From Intoshia linei (Eukaryota > Animalia > Orthonectida), in NCBI GenBank assembly GCA_001642005.1, contig LWCA01000058.1, forward strand, positions 1-64,000: 64,000 nt of DNA, read 5' to 3'. Position 1 is the stretch's first letter. Each line of letters begins with the position of its first letter. Under the pieces are notes generated by a model, which was given only the letters and a program-made list of their open reading frames with translations, ran no database searches and was not told the DNA's origin. Shown piece by piece: positions 1-10,100 of this stretch. Made by a program: the position numbers and the translations under genes.

Positions 1-646
1 TTTTCATAAGATTTCGTAAAATCGGATTTTTGAAAAGAATATCGGTGTAAGTCATTTTTCCATGAGGGCTTGAAATGGTATTTTTGATTAAATTTTATAA
101 GTGGTAGGATTTTTGAAATGGTAAATTTTAAATATTATAATATAATCATATTTTCATAGTAGTAACAAACATAAATCAAATACAGGTGTATCTCAATTTT
201 TTTCGGGAAATCGTAAAAATCTCGGGAATTTTGTCCCGGCACAATCACTAATACCGAATCATAGTTCAACATAGAACAAATGATATTTCTAGATATATTA
301 ATTGATATCAATAAATCTCGTTAATTCTGTTTTTTTTCTATGGGTATGGATGAAACCACTGATTGAAAAGATCCTGATTAACTACTAATTTTTATAAAAA
401 GTATTGATAAAAATTTTTTAATTATAGAAGAACTAACTGGATTTAGTTATGAATGTAATCAGGAGTATAAAAACATTGATTACAATCAATTCATCAATAA
501 CAAATGATAAGGTGGGGAAAATTCCAAAATAATCAAGTTCTGATCCATGGCTACTCATTAAGCACTACCAAACAAAATTTTTTTTAATATGCCATTAAAG
601 TTATATAAATTATGTATCAAAAAAGAAAGTAATTAAAGTAAGTAAG

Positions 647-1844
647 TTACCGTCTATTGAAACTGCTATCACGGGATGGTGATCTTGATGGTGTATATCT
701 CCTGCGATATCTACGACTTTCACTTCGCGAATCTCTGCGTTTGTGTCTACATTAACAATTTAAATAAAACACATCAAAACTACATACCTACGATGACTTC
801 TGGAACGACTTCTAGAATAACTCCTAGAGTTACTATCCCTTGAATGGTGATGTCTGGAAGACCTTGAACTAAAAAAATAAAAATCAACTAAACGAAATTA
901 CTCTCCACTCCGATTTTTCATTTCTCTGGGAGCTAGAAAGAAAATTAAAACATGATACAATAAAATTACTTTTTCTATCACTTCTAGCAAAATCAATCTC
1001 CAATTCGTTACCAAAAAGTCGATAATTGTTCATTTCATGTCTCGCATCTTTAGCATCTCTACGGTCGTCAAACGTGGTTAATTAAGGAAAAAATGTTTTA
1101 ACAATAATAATGTAAAATAATATATATAAAGGATATTGTTTAATCTTTAATCTTTTAAAAAAAATCTTTAAAAAATCTTTTAGATTCAAATATCTTTATA
1201 GAATCTTTTAGAAAAAATCTCTATAAAATCTTTTATATTCAATAATCTTTCAGAAAGAATCTTTATAAAATCTTTTCGATTCATACATCTTTAAGATGAA
1301 ATCATTTATGAATGTAAGGATATTGGACGTAGGCAAAACCACGTGGAACTTTGGTAAAATAATCGGTCGGAACATATACCTAAAATGATAATACTTAATT
1401 TGTAAATTTACGTTTGGTTACATCTGATATTTTTCCAAATTTTCTAAATAATTCTCGTAGATCATCAGATCTAAAAATTTAATAAAAAATTGCGCCAAAA
1501 CATACAAATCATATTGAATAAATGAAGTTTGTGTGCATGAAAATACATAAAACAATGAAAATGTTTATGGAACACAGAATAATTAACTAGTATGCAAAAC
1601 AAAAGATTAAATGTTAAAAATTAACATAAAGACAAAAATTCTGGCTAGTCGTTCACTGTTTAATTGATAATTTCACTCTTTGTTGAAAAAATATTGAAAA
1701 ATGCAAAATATAAATGAAAAATGAAACTTGATTAAACTCATAATTTGGGGGAAATTACAATTGATAATAAAATTACACGCATTCATTAGGTATATTTTTG
1801 ATATAAAGTGAAGAACAAGATCTTGGACCAGATCTGTACGGCAT
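647..1844 (-). CDS. SRSF10: SR splicing factor, SRSF10/SRSF12-like (RRM + RS domain), about 162 aa, 7 exons
   Basis: Exons (-): 1844-1777, 1470-1422, 1379-1324, 1073-970, 932-902, 868-788, 746-647 give 489 nt. Translation: [98 protein letters not shown], then an RS-rich tail. It resembles SRSF10 motifs [23 protein letters not shown] and GDRKTP. The final CGG|TAA could alternatively be a donor to a further exon. Confidence 0.9.
1074..1323 (-). other. U12-type (minor spliceosome) AT-AC intron, 250 nt
   Basis: 5' splice site ATATCCTTAC at 1323, branch site TTCCTTAAT at 1089-1081, 3' end TAACCAC at 1074. Removing it joins CA|G and restores RNP1 GFAYVQF in frame. Confidence 0.93.
1139..1295 (-). 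repeat. Array of 11 AAAGAT motifs (ATCTTT on + strand) inside the U12 intron
   Basis: Eleven exact ATCTTT plus variants (ATCTCT, ATCATT), all in one orientation. The array is bounded by a 10-bp direct repeat AAGGATATTG at 1129-1138 and 1316-1325, which are the two U12 donors. Confidence 0.85.
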
Positions 1845-2021
1845 TTTCGATAATGTAAAAAAAATTATATTCAATACAAACAGTTTATTGACAACCGATA
1901 AATTAAAATAAGTAGTTATGGAAATTATCATTATTTTTTGTAGCGATATTACATCTTGCGACACACATTTTTGCAATATTGAATAAAACTAATTTGAAAT
2001 AATTAAAAATACAAATTTGTA
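1845..2021. promoter_or_regulatory. Bidirectional promoter region between SRSF10-like and eIF3a
   Basis: Head-to-head ATGs at 1844 (-) and 2022 (+), 177 nt apart. Confidence 0.6.
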
Positions 2022-5000
2022 ATGTCTCACTTTCTACATCTGAAGCACGAGTCAATTTATAACAGAGCATGCGGTAAAGTTATTGAATTTATAAATATCA
2101 ACAATTTTTAGAACTTATTGAAATTGGCGATAAAGACCGAGCTCTCAATTTGCTATACGATTGTTTTCGTGTCAAAAAATACCGACTATGGAACAAAACT
2201 ATGGAATCTATGGCTGATTTAACACTTTCCCTATGTGTTGAAATGAGAAAAAGCTTATACGCTAAACAAACTTTACACCAATATAGATACCTTTCCCAAA
2301 ATGCAAGTTTTTTTATTGTACAGTCTTAATTGTATCATGATGGTTTTGATAAAATTTTGCATTTTATTGTTGAATTAAAATTAATCATCTTTTAGATTAG
2401 CACAAATACATTTGATAATGTCGCTATTAAATTTCTCAAGTTATGTGAAGATCGAGTTCACAATTTACACAATTCTTTTTTAAAAAAAATTAATGCTCAG
2501 TCCGCTAATGATATTGAATGTATCGAAACTCCAGAGAGGTTTAGTTTTATTTTTCAATGTCTAATTTTCTTTAGTTTATTGTCAAGTTATGATGATTCTC
2601 AAAAATTGACTGAAAGGTCTTGTCGCGATAATTATATGCCGTGGGCCAAATTTTTATGGGAAGCTTATCGAAATGTCTTGGAAAACATTAAAAATAACAA
2701 ACATTACGAAAATTTATATTGTGAAATTTGTGTGAGATGTAATTTTATGTTTATTTAAACTTTTATATTTAAATATTTGAGTATAAAATTTGGCAACAAA
2801 CTTTTTATAATTCACCCGACCTTCTCAAGAGTCACTTTTTTTTTGAAAACTGAGTTTCGCTTGGTGTCGTCATTAAGAACGTCGGCTATATAGGTTTAAT
2901 TCATTATTTATTTTGTATTTTAGCTCTCAAATATTGTTTGAAATATGGTCGAAAAACCGATTTTAAAAAACTTATTGATTACGTAATTTTGATTTAAATG
3001 TTTTATAATTTTAGAATTAGTTCCGAAATCATCTAAAGTACATTAGAAAGGCAGTTATTAAACCTTATTCTGTGAATATGAATATACCGGATACTCAACA
3101 ATTGTTTATTGAAATTCGAAAGGAGATGGTTAACACTTCTCTTCAAATGCATTTGTTTCAAGTAACTTTAATGAATTATTTTATATTGTAATTAAACACA
3201 ACTTTCGCTTTATGTGATTATTAAGTACCTTTAAAGCACCCCTCTATTGTTTTTGGTTGAAAAGAGATTGATATTTATTTTCAAGGTTTCAAATTTTAAG
3301 CTTTTTCTAGGGTTAACTTTATTTGACGGTTTTATTAAACATTGATGGATTTTACAATCTGTAATGGAAAATTAATACCCTCAGTCTTTTAGTTTTAATG
3401 TTAATTTAGGATGCTTTCAAGAGTCTCGAAGAATTAAACTCAATTATTATCTCAATGCGAACTATACCTAAAGCTTCATTATTATCTAGTTACTTCAAAT
3501 CTTTGTCAATTATTTTCTGGCAATCTGAGCATTATTTGTATTATGCTGCAACAATTAAAAAACTTTATCAATTATACTGTGAAAAAAGAAAATCGCCAAC
3601 TCGAAATGAGGTTACCAGGTTCAATATTATTTTGATTGTTTAATCAATTAAAAATTTAGATTATCCGTCTTACTTACTTGTTCAGCATTAATTATACCGC
3701 TAATTGAACAAGATATTTGTGTCGATCAGTCTTTAACGTCCGAAGAATTGAGAGTAGCTAAATCGGAGAAATTGTCTGGTTTGCTCATATCAGGTGGAAT
3801 TCCGACAAGAGAGTCTATTAAGAAATATATTGTAATTTTTAAAAGCCTTTTGATCGGTGGTTTCCGATTAAAATAGTGTGCAACCCCAAAATATTTATTT
3901 TTTAAAGTTTTTTTTCATAAGATTTAGTAAAATTGGATTTTTATTTTGGGGTTGGATTAAGAAGTTTTTTTGATAAGATTCGATAAAATAGTGTTTTTCA
4001 TAAAAATATCGGTAAAAGTCGATTTTGCTCTGAGGGTTTAAAATTGTATTTTTTATAAAATGTTATTAATGATGGGATAAAAGTGAAATTTTTGAAATAA
4101 TTTACCCGTCGTCTAAACTTTGAGATAAATTATTAAGATCTGTCTATTTTGTAATAAATTTAAAAATTCTTTTATAAAAATAAACAAAAATTGATAAATT
4201 TTTTTTATATTTTATTTAAATTTCACTGTCTCAAGAAAATAGTTTTGGACCCCAATCGAGAACCACTGCTTTAGGTGTATAAAATTCTGTTTGGGTTGTC
4301 TGTTCAGTTTATTTAAAAAACTAAGAAACCTTCAATTTAAAGAAATATTAACATTATTATTCGCACTTGATATCGAGAAATAATTATAACTTTAGAAATT
4401 TGCGCCTTCCCGGTTAAAACCGCATTTTATCATTGAATATTGCATATTTTTGAATTCATTGAAAAATGAGAAGATTATTATTTTTTATTGAAAATTAAAT
4501 TTACTTCTTTCCATTTTACAAATATATATTGTAAATAATTAATATATTAATTAATAAATAAAATAAATATATTGTATTTATTGTAACAATTCAGCTGACT
4601 TGTAAATTTTTGCATTATAATATGAGTTAATGTGTTACATTTTGAAATATAAATTATGCAAATTTATAACTTGTCATTTTAAGTGATATTTTGTTTAATT
4701 TTACGGGCATGAATTGAAAATTTATACCGATATCTAATAGATAGATTTGTGTTTATTGTAATACAATGAACCAAAAAATTGAAACTAAATATAAACTTAT
4801 TATCGTGGATATGGATATGAAACTAATACCTAAAATCGGCCCATATGCATACCAGTTTCGGTATATTTACGTAATTTGATGATTCAAAATATAATAATAC
4901 TTTCCAGATTAAAAAGTAAACGGTAAATTTTTTTTTTCACCGTGAAGGTGTAACTTTGTAAGATGTTTAGTGGAAGTAGCCGTGATTTTCTTAATATTCT

Positions 5001-7063
5001 GTAACTTTATTCATTTTTCGAAATTATGTGTGATATGTGTTTTACTGTGAAGATTGATTATTTATTTTAACTGCAACAATGTAGCAATATATGATAATAC
5101 TCATGATTTAAAAACTTTTTCGGAATTTTTTTTTTAAAAATAGGTCATTTTTGTAATTGATATTCTAATTTCTGCCGCAAAAAAACTGACAGTTAATTTT
5201 TGTTTTCAAAATTTCTGAGGCCAAGTTATATAAATAAACAGTTACATTTTTTAACCAACTTTTACTTTAATAGTTAAATTTTAATGAACATAATGGACCG
5301 TAGTTTAACGATATACTGATTGACAAATTTTTAAAAATGTTTATTTTTCGATACTTTAGGATCGGTTAAATATACTGGATAATGTTCCAATCTGCTTAAA
5401 AAACACTTATTACGCTTTGGAATTGTCCAATAAACCTTTAAAAATGTTGGATAATGTTTCCGAAACATTGGAATATTTCGAAAAGAATAATGACGTCAAA
5501 AAATTTTTAGAACCTTTGATTGAGGTGATATGTATTCGACTTATACTTCAGGTAATTCACGAATGATTTGTTTATTTGAAACCTTAATTTAGCTATCAAA
5601 TTTGTACGAAGTGTTTAGTTTCTCAAAATTATTTAAATTGTTGCCAAAGACTGTAGATAAGTTTTATTTGGAACGTATAATTATTATCATGAATCGTTCA
5701 AAATATGTACCGATAAGAATAAACCACCAAGACGACACCATTATATTTAACCCTTCAAAAAGCTGCGATAATTCAATTGATTATAAATATTGTTCAAATG
5801 TAAAGGAGTCTGCAGTTTATCAGGCTGTAGCGAACATGTCTATTCAGTCTGAAAAAATTAAAGATATTTTGATTGACTTGAAAAGTGTAATTTTTGAGTG
5901 AAATTTTTTATATTTTCATTTTTGTAACTAGAAAACAGATGATAATTGGATGCATGAATGGCACAATTACAGAATCGATTCTGAGAATAATAATTATAGT
6001 GAGAGATTGGAATTGCTCAAAAAAACATTTGAAGACACGACAAAGACCACGCTTACTAATAAATGTACAGTAAAAATTAAAACTTCAACAGTGGACACTA
6101 GTTTGCAAAATAAAATTAAACAAATGACGAGTAATTTGACGAAATCTGAAAAAAAAGTGACATTTGATGAACCAATAGTAAATACCGTGTTAATGTATTA
6201 TATATTTATTTAGGTTGAACCAGTAATTTCCGTACTAGATGCTGCTCTAAGTAAAAAACGTAAAATAATGCAATCAATTATATTGATGGATAAAAAGGTA
6301 AATATTTATTTTAATTATATTTATGAATAAATAGGTTTCTTATGCGACAAAAGCTAAATACAATGTTGATATTAAAATTTATATGGAAGTTATGGAGGCT
6401 CAGAAGGAAGCCTACAAGTTAGTGTGGGATCAAACAGAAAAGAAAATTATGAATAATTACGAAAAACTACTCGCCGAACGAAATACTATAGTGGCCAGAT
6501 TAGTGCGTATGAGAGGACAGGGAAACCAGTTTTTCGAACGTGTTCTCAACGACAGACGGCCTTTGTTTACTATTAATTTGGAGAAATACAACAAAGCAAT
6601 GTATTTGGAAAAAGCAAATTATTTGGAAAAATGCAAAGCAGAATTTGTCAAACGAAAAATTGACGAAGCGGAACGAAAAGAGGAATTGAGAATTAAAAAA
6701 GAAAAATTAGAACAACAAGAAAAAGAAAGAATAGAAATGGAAATTAGAACAAATAAATTAGATTTGGCAGCCCTAAAGAGACGACAATTTGAAGAAGAAT
6801 GTCAAAGAAAATACAATGATAAAATACAAAATGTGACGAAAGCTATGTCACGACCCGATACTTATATGGGTCGAAAATCTGTCGACTATAATAGTCCATA
6901 TAAATATACCTCTAGGAAAAGTGAAAATTTTTCCAATAATCACAATTTTTCTAGAGGCTACAGTTCACAAATAAAAGACACCAATCAAAATGGAACAGCC
7001 AACAATCCCACCTCTGAAAATAATGCTTGGCTTCAAAAATCCTCATCAAAAAAAAAGAAATAA
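2022..7063 (+). CDS. EIF3A: Eukaryotic translation initiation factor 3 subunit A, about 13 exons, roughly 890 aa
   Basis: Spliced N-terminus ELIEIGDKDRALNLLYDCFRVKKYRLWNKTME..LCVEMRKSLYAKQTLHQYR and IIMPWAKFLWEAYRNVLENIKNN match eIF3a signatures ([40 protein letters not shown]). PCI-like ORF 5602-5901; coiled-coil C-terminal exon about 6335-7063. Confidence 0.9.
3856..4268. mobile_element. Degenerate hAT-type MITE in an eIF3a intron
   Basis: Ends CGGTGGTTTCCGATT ... ATCGAGAACCACTG with imperfect 8-bp flanks (CTTTTGAT/CTTTAGGT). The internal sequence is similar to window positions 1-130. Confidence 0.5.
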
Positions 7064-7125
7064 TTTAATTGATTAATTATTGATTTTATTAAATTTTATT
7101 CTTATATTTGTTCATTAGCAGTTAT

Positions 7126-10100
7126 ATGAAAAACAGTGTTATTATATTTTTGGTAAATTTGATTTGGTGGGTAGTTAGCCAGAATAATCAAGTGTGCGAT
7201 TTGTGTTTAATTGAAATCAATAACGGGGCATTTTCTTATGAAAGGCAAGGTAATATTATCAGTTTCGAAATACAATGCAGTTTGGGATTTGCCATGCATT
7301 TTGGAAATTTTGTTAGCAGATATAGTATGTCTGAATGCAATTGTGATTCTGGGAGTTGGACTGTTAATCCGCATCACTGCCACGGTATTTTTAATTTTTA
7401 TCTCCTGAAAAATTTAAATTTTAGAAATTGTTTGCTCAAATTTTAATATTCCCAATACTATAAAATTAGTAAATCTCATGGAGTATAATACGGTAGAAAT
7501 TGTTCATCCTCTTAAAGGGTACCAATTTGTTACAGATCAAAACAAATTTATTGACCCGATTATATTGAGATGCGATGAAGATGAGAATTGGATAGGAGAA
7601 TACTCACTTTCAGATATTTCAACGGAAAGTAAATTTTTTGTTATTAATTTATTATCATGATTCAATGGTTTCTGAAAAACTGCTAATTTATTTTTTTTAT
7701 AAGTTAAGTACATTTATAAATTAACATTACTATTTTTTTTTAAACAATAGGTATATAATTTGCAAAAAAATTAAAATATTTGATATTTTCGATTCGGATT
7801 TGTGAGTCAGATTACCCCTTGAGTAAATTAACTTATTCTTATAAAAATCTTTATCTATACACAATTTTATAGGACGAGATTGCAAATTAATTGAAGATCA
7901 TGAATTAAACGATCCACACGATACAAAATATTGTTACAAAGATGGGTATACTTACAAAAAATTGTACATGTATAACCAATTTGAAATACAATATAATTCT
8001 CTACAGTTCATTGAAAATGGTGAATCAGCTTATTTTAAATATGATGGAACGTTTGTTCCTTCTAAATGCATGACCGGATATGAGTTAATTACAAGTACTA
8101 ACCCGCAAAAATGTGAAAGTAGCATAGAATTTAATTAAATCTGATAATTTTTATTTAGTTTTACGATGTGATAGTTTAATCAATGATAATTTTAATTCTT
8201 ACAAAGCTGACGACAATATTATAGGAACTGTCGCCATAGTTGAGTGCACATCTGAGTCATCTATAGAAGGAACTAATTTGACCAGAGGACAAGTTGTGTG
8301 CATGGAAAATGAAATCATAATTTCGTATACGGGTTATTCTTTATTAGTTATAAATATAATACTAAAATGATGTTTGGTCTAAAAAAATTGAAAATGTTGT
8401 TATACGGTAGTACCTCTCAAACATAATCACTTGGAGATTTTGAATTAATTACAAAACTTAATTATGATATTATGAGTATGAACATTATACCGTTAACTTT
8501 TTAATCGACTTTTAGAAATTGATTAAATACATGACTGTGTAGTATGAGTAATATCCTATAAATCACTGAATTCATTGAACATAAACTTATAGTATAATTC
8601 ATCATTATTAATGATACATGATTTTAAATAGTTTACAATCTTTCGACCGACAGACTATTAACTTAGACTTCTAAAATATTGACAAATTAAATTCCAACTC
8701 AATTATCATAATAAAAATAAAATTTTACAAGTTTACGATTCATAAATCATATAAATTTCCAAGTATTAAATTTCATTATAATTTTTTATAATGTTTCCAT
8801 TTTTGAGCAAGGTTTCCCAACCTGTTAGTTTCAAGTTCTCTTAAATGAATAAAAAATAAATGTTGTGTAATTCCTTTTTTAATTTGCTGTGTTCTCTTTT
8901 TAGATTTTAGGTATACCATACTCAAAAAAACAAAGTGGGACGGGCACACATGCAAAGGTAATTTAATTTAAATTTTATATGATACAGTTCAGAAATTATT
9001 TGCAATCATACGGAATTTCCAAAAATTGAAAATGGAAATCTCGTTATCGATAGTGTAACAAAGTTTGGAAAAATTATTTGTTCTGAAGGATTTACATTAT
9101 ATAATGGAAAAAAAGAAATTCAAGTTCAATGTTTGGGTACTGGATGGGAATTGTTACTCGATGACTATTCTTGTTATCGTAATTTTTACAACATTATCCT
9201 TACTTATATAGTATGGTATGAAATATTTGTTTGTGTGTGTAAGTTACCGTTTAATTCAATAACTACCAGTCTTAGAATTTTATAAAGTCCACATTTCAAT
9301 TACATTTTTTTCGGGAGGGGGGNGGGGGGGGGGAGTGGGTGTTAACAAAATATATGTCAACCTCCCAAACTCACATCTTTACGGGTTTAAAAAGCCAAAT
9401 TGTCCTTTTTTCTAAAAATCACATATGAATTTCAGATTTGAATCGGACGATTTGGTATGTAAAGTTCCAACTACAATGTAATTGTATTACGATACGACTC
9501 AAATTTTTGTAAATTTGACAAATTTATTTTAAATTAGTTATAATTAGACGTTTTATCGAGTTAAAAATATGCAAAATTAAGTTGTAAAAATAAGCTCATG
9601 TCCGAAATTCTGACTCAGAATTGCTAGGGCTCTCTAAAAAAATTCATAAAAAAAAATATAGATAATAATTTTTCAAAGTTGTCACAATAAACGTACCAAA
9701 AGAGGGTATCGGTATGCTAGGTTCGACACTGATTAGAAATTATAATTAATAATTCCTGAATTTTAAAAAAAGGGATTAATTAATTTTTCAGTTTTTAATT
9801 GCTTTCTTGTCAGTAAATATATTAACTAGATCAGTATTCATCGAAAAATGTAAGTAACTCAAAAAAAGTATATAGAAATAAATACATTTTATATAATAGT
9901 ATTTTGTCAGTAAAAAAATTGAATCGTAAGTTTGATGATTTTGGAGTGTCAGTATAAAAATTCAAAATCTAGTTTTTGAAAATTTATTTTATAAAATATA
10001 ACCTTTATATATCTCTCTCTTTTCTTTATTATTATCCTTGTGAGGTTAATAATTAGGTTAATCTTATGAAATACTTTATATAATAATATTATCCACTACA

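Noticed and set aside
1139-1295. ATCTTT array as a CRISPR-like array
   Set aside because: Eukaryotic intron with 6-nt motifs, irregular short spacing and no cas genes.
9313-9340. Poly-G run as a G-quadruplex element
   Set aside because: It contains an N and lies in a Helitron fragment; its length is unreliable and it is probably an assembly join or homopolymer artefact.
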